A DNA stretch of 64,000 nt from an uncultured Gemmatimonadaceae bacterium (GCA_963817955.1 CAWFQK010000003.1:160001-224000); one strand, 5' to 3'. Shown: positions 27,740 through 37,214, counted from the first letter of the stretch. A program made the numbers and translations. Notes: generated by a model not told the origin, from the sequence alone.

Positions 27740-29177
27740 AGCTCGACTTTGGCCATTTCTCACGTGCTGTGAACGAGGCGCGTATAGCAGCCTCATGACG
27801 TGACGAAGCGGGTGACCTCGTAGACTGACGTATCTCTTTGGCAAGAGTGATCTGTCATGTCTGCGCTGCCGACCCGCTTCGTCTCGATCATCCTAGCATT
27901 TTCCGGACTCTTTCGCCAGCGGACGTGGCGGTACGCGGAACGGCTCCTCGTCGGCGCCATTCTCGCGCCGGGTATTCGCACCGTCGCGAGCGCCCTGCGC
28001 GTCCTCGGGCTGGCCGACGAGCGCCATTTCGTGAACTATCATCGCGTGTTGAGTCGAGCCCCATGGTCCCCCCGTGCGGCGAGTCGGATCTTGCTTGCTC
28101 TGCTCGTGCGCGCCTTCGTGCCGACCGGTCCGATCGTGCTTGGCCTCGACGACACCATCGAGCGCCGGCGCGGCGCCAAGATTCACGCCAAAGGCATCTA
28201 CCGGGATCCGGTCCACTCCTCGCACAGCCACTTCGTGAAAACGAGTGGGTTGCGCTGGCTCTCGGTCATGCTCCTGGCCCCGATTCCGTGGGCGAAGCGC
28301 GTCTGGGCGGTGCCGATCCTCACGGCGCTGGCGCCCTCCGAGCGCTATGCCAAGGAGCGCGGACTGCGGCACAAGCGGCTCACGGATTGGGCACGGCAAC
28401 TGCTCGTCCAACTCCAGCGCTGGTTGCCCGGGCGCGCCCTTATCATGGTAGCCGACGCGAGCTTCGCGGCCTTGGACCTCCTCGCGGCCCTCTCGCCCAG
28501 GATGACCTGCATCACGCGTCCGACTGGATGCCCAGCTCTTGCGCTCGCGCCCGCGGCTGTGCCGGCCCTGCATCACGTCCTCGGTCGTCGAGCGACGGAG
28601 TGGACGCGTCTGACGGTGCCGGCCTGGTATGGCGAGACGAGCCGCGACATCGAGGTCACCTCCGACACCGCCGTCTGGTACTCGCATGGCGTCGCGTTGC
28701 CCATTCGCTGGGTGCTCGTGCGCGATCCGTTCGGCCGGTTCGATCCGCAGGCGCTGCTCTGCACCGATCTCGCGCTCGCGCCGCTCGCCATCGTCCAGTA
28801 CTTCGTGCAGCGGTGGCAGGTCGAAGTCACGTTCGAAGCGGCCCGGCGACATCTCGGCGTCGAGACGCAACGGCAATGGTCCGACCGCGCCATCGCCCGG
28901 ACGACTCCCGTCCTGTTGAGCCTCTTCTCCGTGGTCACGCTCTGCTGGCCCACCGCCTCGTCCGTGCCGGCACGCTGCCAGTCCGCCGCACGGCCTGGTA
29001 TCGGAAACCGACGCCCACCTTCAGCGATGCCCTCGCCGCCGTGCGGGCCGAGCTCTGGCGCCAAGAGGGTTTCCATATCTCCACATCGCGGGCGGACGTG
29101 TCAAAACTCACACGACGCTTGCTCGCACGCCTGACAAGTATCTTATGCGAGGCCGCCTAAACGGCCAAAGTCGAGCT
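27740..29177 (+). mobile_element. IS701-like insertion sequence, degenerate
   Basis: Terminal inverted repeats AGCTCGACTTTGGCC (27740-27754) and GGCCAAAGTCGAGCT (29163-29177) enclosing a DDE transposase. Confidence 0.85.
27857..29160 (+). pseudogene. IS701-like DDE transposase, internally deleted and frameshifted
   Basis: LGLDDTIERR, VADASF, RWQVEVTF motifs; C-terminus (WYRKPTPTFSDAL) in another frame. Confidence 0.8.
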
Positions 29178-29407
29178 GAGCAATCCGATGCGCGGCCTTT
29201 GCCCCGTCAACGCCAAGGAGCGCCGTGGTCGGCCAACCATGCTCGCGGATGATCTCACGTAAGCGTGCGGATGTTTGAATCGTGAACAGCCGCCATGCGC
29301 GGGTTGTACCCTTGAAACAATGCCCCGTCGGACGCCAACGTGGCACGGACAGTCTGATCGTAGTCATCCATCGCGATGAGCTCTGCTCGCAGCACCTCGT
29401 CTAACAC
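29178..29407 (-). pseudogene. DUF6624-like protein, 5' part only, cut by the IS
   Basis: LRAELIAM..DQTVR / RLREIIREHGWPT..LLGVDGAKAA..IAQ, ending at the IS right end. Confidence 0.6.
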
Positions 29408-29435
29408 GACACCTCTGGCAACGATCTCGTTAATC
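29399..29435 (-). repeat. collapsed attC remnant
   Basis: Minus strand GATTAAC (contains TAA of the 29430 gene) ..23 nt.. GTTAGAC. Confidence 0.4.
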
Positions 29436-29969
29436 GCCACAGGGCGGTGGCGCGGTGCCGGGCGACGGAGGGGGCGGCGGGTCGTACGCGATAGCGGGCC
29501 CAGGCCCAACCCCGACGTACCGCCAGCGTCCCGCGACGCGTCGAAAGGTGTACTCGTAAACGTACCCCGATGCCCATGGGCCGCCCGCCCGCGGACACCA
29601 GCGCGTGCCGCGGTCCACTTCGAGCACGGCCGAGTCGCCGCGGACTTCGGCGCGCTCCACCTGGAGCAGTGTCCAAATGCTGTCGCCGGGCGCGCGGGCG
29701 CGAGCACCCGTGACGCGCAGCACTGCCGCGCGTAGCGCCGCCTCCTCGGCCGACCCGGCCTCCGTGCGCGCCCGCACATCCCAAACGCCCCAAGCCGGCG
29801 TCCCCGCTCGCTCGTCGCCGTGGGACGGGTGCCCCGTCGCGAGGTCCGCGGTGAGCGGCGGGATCAGCGCCCGGACGAGTGCCGGCGCTTGGGGCGCCAC
29901 CTGCGCGCGAGCCGACGCTGGGCAGCAGAGCGCCAGCCCGTAGAGCACGTGGGAGAATCGACAGGTCAT
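29430..29969 (-). CDS. hypothetical secreted protein
   Basis: GAGGG RBS, signal peptide ARA-Q, YTFRRVAGRW, Pro-rich tail. Confidence 0.6.
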   Translation of the reverse strand: MTCRFSHVLYGLALCCPASARAQVAPQAPALVRALIPPLTADLATGHPSHGDERAGTPAWGVWDVRARTEAGSAEEAALRAAVLRVTGARARAPGDSIWTLLQVERAEVRGDSAVLEVDRGTRWCPRAGGPWASGYVYEYTFRRVAGRWRYVGVGPGPAIAYDPPPPPSPGTAPPPCGD

Positions 29970-30002
29970 ACGTCCCTCACATGACGATGTGTTCGTATGC
30001 GC

Positions 30003-30221
30003 CTAACGCGGGCCCTCGTCGGTACTCTTCGGCGCGAGCTGCGCCGCGTCGGCGCCGAGTACGCGCTCCTGCAATACGAGCAGGCGGTCTAACTTGGCGT
30101 GGATCGGATCCAAGATTGCTCGGACGGTCGCTCGAATGAAGGCGGCGGTCGCTCGAGCGAAGATGTAGATAATCGCGCCCAAGATTAGGAGCGACATGAG
30201 GCCACCGACTAACTGTTCCAT
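30003..30221 (-). CDS. small single-TM hypothetical protein
   Basis: GAGGAG RBS, one TM helix and an amphipathic helix. Confidence 0.5.
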   Translation of the reverse strand: MEQLVGGLMSLLILGAIIYIFARATAAFIRATVRAILDPIHAKLDRLLVLQERVLGADAAQLAPKSTDEGPR

Positions 30222-30267
30222 CGATCGCGTCTCCTCAGCTGCAGCGTTTGTTCCGTGATCGGCGCGG

Positions 30268-30611
30268 CTAAACGTATCTGAGGACATCGAAGAGTGCTTG
30301 CTTCGATGCAAGCGGAAACTCCCCGCGTCGGCTGACTTGGCAGTCGACGAGCTGTATCAGGAATGTCAGATAGTCTGGCTGCGGCAGATGGAAGTGCGAC
30401 AGGAGAAAGTCATTGGTCACGGTGTGGCGAACCGCGTCGGCGTCGTCGGCCACGAAGTCCACGTCCTCCGCCGCACCGCATCGCGTGTGATCCCAATGGC
30501 TGACATCAAGATGTGCATACCGATCGTGACGCCTCCGGTTACGGCGACCCGTGCGACGTCTATGTGGGGAGTGAGCCGAGGCAAGCAGTCGTGCAGAAAC
30601 TGTGAATTCAT
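30268..30611 (-). pseudogene. frameshifted nucleotidyltransferase-like fragment
   Basis: VAVTGGV and EDVDFV motifs in different frames. Confidence 0.45.
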
Positions 30612-30647
30612 CGGAACCGATCGTCAGGTGACGCCAGGGCTCAGTCG

Positions 30648-30676
30648 CGCCCGTCACGTGCAGCGCAACGTTAGCG
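30648..30676 (-). repeat. attC half-site (inverse core side)
   Basis: Minus strand CGCTAAC GTTGCGCTGCACGTGACGGGCG shortly after the stop at 30691. Confidence 0.6.
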
Positions 30677-30690
30677 GGGCGGCTCCAAGA

Positions 30691-31002
30691 TCAGGAAGTG
30701 CTGCCCCCGAGTGCTACTCGTGCGCGCTGGCGGCTTGGTACGCAATAGCGCTGGGCGACATCACCGCGCGGTAGCGTACTCTGGTCAACAGCGATTAGCG
30801 TATCCGAAAGGAGAGACTCCACCAATGCGGATGCCCAATAGGTGGTCTCTGCCTGACCTCCGGGGGAGGGCCGAAGGACGCGCGCATCAAGGCATACACG
30901 GCCATCGGTCGGCCCTTCCTGCCAATCCGCGACCGCGGCGCGCAGAACGGCAACATCTGCCGCTACATGTTGCGGCGCTGAGTGGCAACCCGAGGAGAGC
31001 AC
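30691..31002 (-). CDS. hypothetical protein (possibly truncated)
   Basis: 103-aa ORF in cassette orientation followed by an attC half-site. Confidence 0.4.
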   Translation of the reverse strand: MLSSGCHSAPQHVAADVAVLRAAVADWQEGPTDGRVCLDARVLRPSPGGQAETTYWASALVESLLSDTLIAVDQSTLPRGDVAQRYCVPSRQRARVALGGSTS

Positions 31003-31084
31003 CGGCGACTATCCATATAGAGCGCATTACTGATCCGTTGAGAGCATGAATGAGGCTCGCTCGTGCGCTGTAATGCGGTCCAAT

Positions 31085-31323
31085 CCCCGCACAATGGCCT
31101 CCGCAAACTCGTCGGCGAGACCCGCCCGCTGCTCTTCGTACCACTTACGGGCGTCGAGCAGATCACGTCGAGCCGCAGGCCGAAAGACGAAGCGCGGCGT
31201 CATCCGCCGCGCTTGAAGAGTTCAGTTCGGACCGTGTCCCAGGGGATGCTTTCCTCGGGACGCTCCTTCGCGTCGGCAATGCTGTCCCAAATATCCTCGA
31301 CCAACTGCAGGCGCTCCTACATG
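31085..31323 (-). pseudogene. degraded addiction-module antitoxin + ParE toxin pair
   Basis: ERLQLVEDIWDSIAD|AKERPEESIPWDTVRTELFKRGG* with ATGA overlap to MTPRFVFRPAARRDLLDARKWYEEQRAGLADEFAEAI (truncated). Confidence 0.8.
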
Positions 31324-31378
31324 GCGCGCGGCACGGAACGTCCCGATAGCGGGAGGGACGAAAGCCGCCATGTCTGCC

Positions 31379-31444
31379 GAATAACGCGTCAGCTCAACTG
31401 CAAACAAATCAACAGATCCTGGACAGCTGCACCGCACGTTACCT
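31379..31444 (-). repeat. integron attC site (short)
   Basis: Minus strand AGGTAAC GTGCGGTGCAGCTGTC ... GCAGTTGAGCTGACGC GTTATTC; TAA of the upstream gene lies in the inverse core. Confidence 0.8.
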
Positions 31445-31708
31445 GGCGTGAGCGACGAACACAGCCAGCCCCACCACGAACGCGACAACAGCAGTGAGTA
31501 TACCCCAAAGCGTGAATTGAGCGCGACGGTGAGCCATGTTCAGCGTCCAACCGAGGCCGCGCTGTGCCGGAACAAGGAGCCGGGGATCATCGGCGCAGCG
31601 GTATACGCCAAAGGCCTCCCAGTGCCGCGGGTCGCGCCACATTTGATCGCAGTCACGCTGGATAACGCGCGTGTCGTCTGTCACGCAGAGTGCTCCGGTC
31701 GCCACCAA
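31439..31708 (-). CDS. DUF5808-family membrane protein
   Basis: DPRHW..GVY..DDPRLLVP..GLGWTLNMAH + TM; start uncertain. Confidence 0.7.
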   Translation of the reverse strand: MVATGALCVTDDTRVIQRDCDQMWRDPRHWEAFGVYRCADDPRLLVPAQRGLGWTLNMAHRRAQFTLWGILTAVVAFVVGLAVFVAHAR

Positions 31709-31752
31709 ATTCTCGAATTAACCTGCGAGCGAATCAAATGGATGCCGGACGG

Positions 31753-32013
31753 TCATCGGTCGATCAAGTCAGGAAGCCGATCGAGCGCCGCGACATAGGA
31801 ATCGCGGTCGTACGGTTGGTTATTCCGGATCATCACGCTCATTTCCTGAAGCAGAGCAGCGGAGATCCAACGGACCGCTTCATCCTTGGCAATACCTTCG
31901 CGCTGAAGACGAGCAAGCGTCAAGGCGGTTTCCGGAGGATCGTTGTTGGCGATTTGGTCGAGGACCGTTTCGCGTAGAACGCGCTCAACCTCGGGATTAG
32001 CGCTCTCTGACAT
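31753..32013 (-). CDS. small helical hypothetical protein (first gene of the array)
   Basis: ETVLDQIANNDPPET..TLARLQREG..PYDRDSY..LDRLP. Confidence 0.7.
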   Translation of the reverse strand: MSESANPEVERVLRETVLDQIANNDPPETALTLARLQREGIAKDEAVRWISAALLQEMSVMIRNNQPYDRDSYVAALDRLPDLIDR

Positions 32014-32128
32014 ATTGAGATGTGTGTTGTGCGTATAATGCCAAGCAGGTGGTCACTATACGCTGCGGAAGCGTACAATACAACCGCGACGCGAGCAGCG
32101 TAGCACCACGGAACTTACGCCGTCGTCG

Positions 32129-33583
32129 TCACGTGACGCCGAGCATGGCGCGGCCGACGGTGTCTCGGTCAAGCGGGCATTCGCGAACCGTTCCGCCGTG
32201 AATCACCAACACGCGCGTCGCGAGACTGAGCACCTCATCGAGATCGCTCGAGTACACCACCACGGCCGCGCCGCGTGTTGCCGCACTGCGTAGGTGTTCA
32301 TGCACCGCGCGCGTCGCGCGAATGTCGAGACCGCGTGTCGGGTTCTCTGCCACGAGGAGAAGCGGCTCGCCGTCGAGCTCTCGCGCCAGCACGAGCTTTT
32401 GCTGGTTGCCGCCCGACAGGGATCGCGCCAGCGTGGTGGGGTCGCCGCCGCGCACATCGAATGTTCTGACAAGCCGGTCTGATCTTCGCCGGATGTCTTT
32501 CAGTCGCAACCGCCCCCGCCGCGTGCCGGCGTTCTTGAGCGCCACGTTCTCCGCGAGCCCAAAGTCGAGGACGAGCGCGTCGCGAAGCCGGTCCTCGGGT
32601 ACGAAGCCGATGGCACTCGGTGCGCGCAACTCGCCGCTCGTGGGACGAAGCCGGCCGGCGAGCGCACGCAACAGCTCGTGTTGGCCGGCGCCTTCGACGG
32701 CGGCGATGCCGACGATCTGGCCCGCGGCAATCTCGAATGTGGCGCCGCGAACGACGCTGGCGCCACGCGAATCCGAGATGTTCACGTTCGTTGCACGCAC
32801 GATGATTGATGCCGGTCTGTCCTCTCCCCTGACCGCAGCTTCGGCTGGCATGTCTTCGCCGAGCATCGCGGAAGCGAGCGCACCTGTCGTAACGTCAAAG
32901 GCCTTGCTCCGCAGGGTCACGCGTCCTCGGCGAAGCACGGTGACCTCGTCGGCCACGGCAAGCGCCTCTTTGAGTTTGTGTGTGATCAAGACGACGGCGT
33001 TCCCCTGGGTGGCGAAGGTGCGGAGCCAGCGGAGCAACTCCTCGGCTTCGGCCGGCGCAAGTACGGCCGTCGGCTCGTCGAGAATCAACACGCCGGCATC
33101 GCGCGCCAGCGCTTTGACGATCTCGAGCCGCTGCTGCGCACCGACTGGCAGGTCTTCGGCGCGAACGTCAGGATCCAACGTCAACCCGGTACGCTCGGCG
33201 ATCTCGCGCACGCGCGCCGCAGCCGCACCCTTCCGGAATCGTCCGCTGCCGCCGAGCGCGACGTTCTCCGCCACGGTCATCGCCGGCACGTTCGTAAAGT
33301 GCTGATGGACCATGCCGATGCCGGCGGCGATGGCGTCGGCCGGAGACGCAAGAATGTGAGTGCGGCCGACGATCACCACGTTTCCAGCATCCGGAGCCAA
33401 CAGCCCGAACGCAACGCGCATGAGCGTTGTCTTTCCCGCACCGTTCTCGCCGAGCAGCGCGTGCACCGTGCCGCGACGCAGCGCGAACGACACGTTGTCG
33501 AGCGCCGCCGTAGCGCCGAACCGTTTTGTGATGCCGGTGAGCGCGAGCACGACGTCGTCGCGCATCGCCGCTTCGGTGATCAC
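32129..33583 (-). CDS. sugar/nucleoside ABC transporter ATP-binding protein (two NBDs)
   Basis: GENGAGKTT, GIGMVHQHF, LSGGNQQK, PTRGLDI. Confidence 0.92.
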   Translation of the reverse strand: MITEAAMRDDVVLALTGITKRFGATAALDNVSFALRRGTVHALLGENGAGKTTLMRVAFGLLAPDAGNVVIVGRTHILASPADAIAAGIGMVHQHFTNVPAMTVAENVALGGSGRFRKGAAAARVREIAERTGLTLDPDVRAEDLPVGAQQRLEIVKALARDAGVLILDEPTAVLAPAEAEELLRWLRTFATQGNAVVLITHKLKEALAVADEVTVLRRGRVTLRSKAFDVTTGALASAMLGEDMPAEAAVRGEDRPASIIVRATNVNISDSRGASVVRGATFEIAAGQIVGIAAVEGAGQHELLRALAGRLRPTSGELRAPSAIGFVPEDRLRDALVLDFGLAENVALKNAGTRRGRLRLKDIRRRSDRLVRTFDVRGGDPTTLARSLSGGNQQKLVLARELDGEPLLLVAENPTRGLDIRATRAVHEHLRSAATRGAAVVVYSSDLDEVLSLATRVLVIHGGTVRECPLDRDTVGRAMLGVT

Positions 33584-34353
33584 AGGCCGGTGGGAGCGTC
33601 GATGAAGGTAGATGTCATGCCAAACGCCGACGCGAGTCGCTCGCCCAATGCACGTACGCCGAGCGTTTCCGTGGCATAATGGCCTGCATAGAGAACGACT
33701 ATTCCCAGCTCGCGCGCCTCGACGGCGGTGTGATGCGGTCCTTCGCCGACGATCACCGTGTCGATTCCGCGCTGTGCCGCTTCACGCAGTGTGGACGAGT
33801 CGGCACCTGCGCCGGTGCACACTCCCCACCGGCGAGTAATGCGATCACCGTCGAAGGGGGTGGCTACCAAGCGACCGCCGTGCTCCTGCGCCAACTCCTC
33901 GGCGCGTTCAGCAATGATCCGCGTCGGAAGATCGGCGTCGCCGCTAAGGCCCACATCGATTGTCTGGTACTTGGCGAAGCCGCCGGACGGGGTGAGGCCG
34001 AGCCGTTTTGCCAGCAGCGCGTTATTGCCGATTTCCGGATGCACGTCGAGCGGCAGGTGCGCCGCATAGACAGCCACGTCGTGGGTGATGAGCGCCGAAA
34101 GGCGTTTGTGGCGATGCGCGGTGATCGGCTGCACACCGCCCCAAAACATTCCGTGGTGCACCAGGAGGAGGCGCGCGCCGGCGTCGATTGCGCCATTTAC
34201 GGTATCAGTAGAGAAATCCACTGCCGTGGCGATCTGCTCGATGTTCTTGGCGTTCGCCAACTGCACGCCATTCACGGCATTGGGATAATCAGGAACGCCG
34301 CCAATGTGCAGCGTGGTGTCGAGAAAGTGCGCGAGCTCGGCGAGTGCGGGCAT
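33580..34353 (-). CDS. Nif3-like dinuclear metal centre protein (YbgI/DUF34)
   Basis: NGVQ, LLVHHG, HLPLDVHPEIGNN, AGHYATE. Confidence 0.92.
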   Translation of the reverse strand: MPALAELAHFLDTTLHIGGVPDYPNAVNGVQLANAKNIEQIATAVDFSTDTVNGAIDAGARLLLVHHGMFWGGVQPITAHRHKRLSALITHDVAVYAAHLPLDVHPEIGNNALLAKRLGLTPSGGFAKYQTIDVGLSGDADLPTRIIAERAEELAQEHGGRLVATPFDGDRITRRWGVCTGAGADSSTLREAAQRGIDTVIVGEGPHHTAVEARELGIVVLYAGHYATETLGVRALGERLASAFGMTSTFIDAPTGL

Positions 34354-34355
34354 GG

Positions 34356-35417
34356 TCAGGGTTTCGCAGGCGCGTGATCGAGTGGTACCGAATACTGGCC
34401 GGCGAGCATGCGTGATTGCAAAGAGTCGATGTGCGCGCGTGTCGCGGCAGGGACCTTTGCCTGGAGGGCCGGGTTCAGCACGAGCGTAACGACGTGGCTC
34501 TTCTCTCCCAACTCAATGACCCCGGGCTTGAATGTGCCGTCCTTGACCGCGCGCGCGATCGTCAGGAACGCACGCGGGAGATCGATGACGACGCTGGCGA
34601 GCGTGACATCTGGCGCAACATCATTCTGGTTGGAGTTGGAGCCAATGACGTAGGTGTCCTTGGTTTCTCTCGCGGCCTGGAAGACGCCCAGTCCCGCGGC
34701 ATCCGCGTTCTGGAAGATGACGTCGGCGCCTTGTGACAGTTGCGCGAGCGCCTGTTCCTTGCCGGCGCTTACGTCGTCCCAGTTGCCGATGTACGACGTT
34801 ATGATCTTGATGTTGGGATTCACGTCGTGCGCACCTTTCTCAAAGGCCCGAAAGCTTTCGACCACCGGTGGTAACGCGGTTCCGCCGAGCACACCGAGTT
34901 TGTTCGTCTTCGTCACGGACGCGGCGAGGATGCCAGCGAGGTACGAAGCGTCGGCGAAGGCGAAGGTCATGCCTGCGAGGTTGGGACCTGACGTCGTGCC
35001 GGATGTCGTCACATATATGGTATGCGGGAACTCGGGTGCGACGCGGCGGGCTGCGTCCTGAAACTCGAATCCATGACCGAACACCAACGTGTAGCCCTGC
35101 GCGCCGTACTGCCGGAAGTTTTCCTCGAATTCAGCCGGGGTCTTTGTCTGGATATGGCTGACCTGGGCGCCGAGGGAGTCGCGGATTTGTAGGAGGCCTT
35201 GGTAGGCACCGCCGTTCCATGATTGGTCGGAGACCGGTCCCGGCGTGAGCAGCGCGACTTTGAACGACGTGGCGTGCGTGGTGTCGCCAGACGTTGGTTT
35301 CGCCTGACGGTTGCAGGCGGCGATGGCAGCAAGCGTGACGAGCGAAGCCGTCACGATAGAGCCTCGTCGGCCGTTATACAGGCGCCTTAGTGGCGCCAGG
35401 TTGGGTTCAAAAATCAC
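34356..35417 (-). CDS. BMP-family ABC substrate-binding lipoprotein
   Basis: Lipobox IAAC, DQSWN, GHGFEF, GADVIFQ; true start may be GTG 35354. Confidence 0.9.
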   Translation of the reverse strand: MIFEPNLAPLRRLYNGRRGSIVTASLVTLAAIAACNRQAKPTSGDTTHATSFKVALLTPGPVSDQSWNGGAYQGLLQIRDSLGAQVSHIQTKTPAEFEENFRQYGAQGYTLVFGHGFEFQDAARRVAPEFPHTIYVTTSGTTSGPNLAGMTFAFADASYLAGILAASVTKTNKLGVLGGTALPPVVESFRAFEKGAHDVNPNIKIITSYIGNWDDVSAGKEQALAQLSQGADVIFQNADAAGLGVFQAARETKDTYVIGSNSNQNDVAPDVTLASVVIDLPRAFLTIARAVKDGTFKPGVIELGEKSHVVTLVLNPALQAKVPAATRAHIDSLQSRMLAGQYSVPLDHAPAKP

Positions 35418-36324
35418 GCCTCTGCTCCCTGAGGATCAGGTCGAGCATGCGGTCGAGATCGTCGGCAGAGTAGAACGATATCTCGATTTTACCCTTGGAT
35501 TCGCCGGACAAATGGACGTGGACGTCCGTCTGGAGGTACCGGCGGAGGTCGTCCTGAATACGCCGGACCGTCGGATCTACCGTTGAAGGAGATTGTGCCT
35601 TTGGCTGTGTTGCACGCGCCTTGTTCCGCTCGATAGACGGAGGGGCTGGTACGCCGCTGAGCACGCGGACGTATTGCTCGAGCTCGCGGACCGACAGACC
35701 GCGCTGTGCAGCCGCGCTTGCTACTTCGGCCGCAGAGATAGATGGGCTGAGGGCGAGCAACGCACGGGCGTGTCCGGTGGTGAGCGTTCCCTGCTCAACC
35801 ATCTGCTGCACGGCGTCAGGTAATGTGAGCACTCGCAACAGGTTGGTGACCGTTGTGCGGTCTTTTCCAACGACCTCGGCCACCTGCTGCTGGGTGAGTT
35901 GGAACTCGTCTATCAACCGGCGATAGCCGCGCGCCTCTTCGATCGCGTTGAGATTGGCTCGCTGCAGGTTCTCGACGAGCGCGAGCACGAGCATCGTGCG
36001 ATCGTCGAAGCTGCGAACAATGGCCGAGATCTCGGTCCAGCCAAGGTTGGTGGCGGCGCGAAAGCGGCGTTCACCGGCGATGAGCTCATAGGCATCGCCG
36101 CGTTGGCGAACGGTGATTGGCTGGAGCAGTCCGCTCGTTTTCAGCGAGGCCTCGAGCTCGGCGAGCTCGGTGGGATCGAACTCTCGGCGGGGCTGAAATG
36201 GATTGGGCCGAACGCGTGCGATGGCGATGCGCTGGAGGTCGCTCGCCGGCGCGCTCGGCGATGCAGCCGAGCCAATCAGCGCTTCGAGCCCGCGTCCAAG
36301 ACGGCGGGGCTTTTCGCTGGTCAC
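35407..36324 (-). CDS. parB: chromosome partitioning protein ParB
   Basis: NPFQPR, LIAGERRFRA, ENLQRANL, HTH GKDRTTVTN, GHARALL. Confidence 0.95.
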   Translation of the reverse strand: MTSEKPRRLGRGLEALIGSAASPSAPASDLQRIAIARVRPNPFQPRREFDPTELAELEASLKTSGLLQPITVRQRGDAYELIAGERRFRAATNLGWTEISAIVRSFDDRTMLVLALVENLQRANLNAIEEARGYRRLIDEFQLTQQQVAEVVGKDRTTVTNLLRVLTLPDAVQQMVEQGTLTTGHARALLALSPSISAAEVASAAAQRGLSVRELEQYVRVLSGVPAPPSIERNKARATQPKAQSPSTVDPTVRRIQDDLRRYLQTDVHVHLSGESKGKIEISFYSADDLDRMLDLILREQRRDF

Positions 36325-37088
36325 TTGCGCCTCGCGATAAGTTCTTTGGCGACACTCATATACGCCTGTGCGCCGACCGAAGCAACGTCGTACAGGATGA
36401 TCGGCTTTCCGAAGCTCGGTGCCTCTGCTAAACGGACGTTTCTCGGGACGACGGCGTCAAAGACCTGCGATCCGAAATACTCGCGTGCCTCGCTGGCAAC
36501 TTGCCGCGACAGGTTCAAGCGGGCGTCGTACATGGTCAAGAGCACGCCGTCGATCGCCAGTTCTGGGTTTACGCTGTGCTGAACCAGGTGCACGGTGTTG
36601 AGTAGCTGAGACAGCCCCTCAAGCGCGTAGTACTCGCACTGGAGCGGGATCAGCAACGCGTCGGCAGCCGCTAGCATGTTCAGCGTGATCAAGCCGAGCG
36701 ATGGCGGGCAATCGATCAGGACATAATCGTAATTCTGCGCAACGGACGCGACCGCAGTGCGCATCATCAGCTCGCGATTTGGTCGGTCGACAAGCTCGAC
36801 CTCTGCGCCGGCGAGATCGGGCGTTGCGGGCACCACATCCATGTGCTTGAAGTGCACCTGTCGTATTGTCGCGTCCGCGATTGTGCGGTCGCCGATGAGC
36901 ACGTCGTACACGGTGGGTCCGAGCTGATCGCGTAGGAGCCCGACGCCGCTGGTCGCGTTGCCCTGTGGATCGCCATCGATGAGCAGGGTTCTTTGCTCCG
37001 CGGCAGCGAGGCTGGCAGCGAGGTTGACGGCGGTGGTCGTCTTACCGACGCCGCCCTTCTGGTTTGCGATCGCTATGACGCGAGCCAC
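36321..37088 (-). CDS. parA: chromosome partitioning ATPase ParA/Soj
   Basis: NQKGGVGKTT, DPQGN, IDCPPSLG, RLAEAPSFG; start reassigned to GTG 37088. Confidence 0.95.
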   Translation of the reverse strand: MARVIAIANQKGGVGKTTTAVNLAASLAAAEQRTLLIDGDPQGNATSGVGLLRDQLGPTVYDVLIGDRTIADATIRQVHFKHMDVVPATPDLAGAEVELVDRPNRELMMRTAVASVAQNYDYVLIDCPPSLGLITLNMLAAADALLIPLQCEYYALEGLSQLLNTVHLVQHSVNPELAIDGVLLTMYDARLNLSRQVASEAREYFGSQVFDAVVPRNVRLAEAPSFGKPIILYDVASVGAQAYMSVAKELIARRK

Positions 37089-37198
37089 TATTTGCGAAGC
37101 TGAAAGAGGGTGTCGTGCCCACGCAGCGAAACGTCGCATGCGATTGGGGTAATTCGGGCCGACGGCGCCAATCTATTCCCCAGTAGGGCGCGAAACAA

Positions 37199-37214
37199 CG
37201 TGCCACGTGGCACA
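37199..37214. promoter_or_regulatory. putative parS site 1 (variant)
   Basis: cGTGCCACGTGGCACa, perfect 14-bp palindrome upstream of parA. Confidence 0.7.

Noticed and set aside
17867..31444. CRISPR array interpretation of the recurring GAGCT..AGCTGC motifs
   Set aside because: Repeats are kilobases apart, divergent, palindromic and tied to gene ends; no cas genes; fits attC
32014..32128. attI site or integrase promoter at the head of the array
   Set aside because: GTT-containing heptamers and a TATAAT are present, but there is no convincing L/R box arrangement or correctly spaced -35, and no intI
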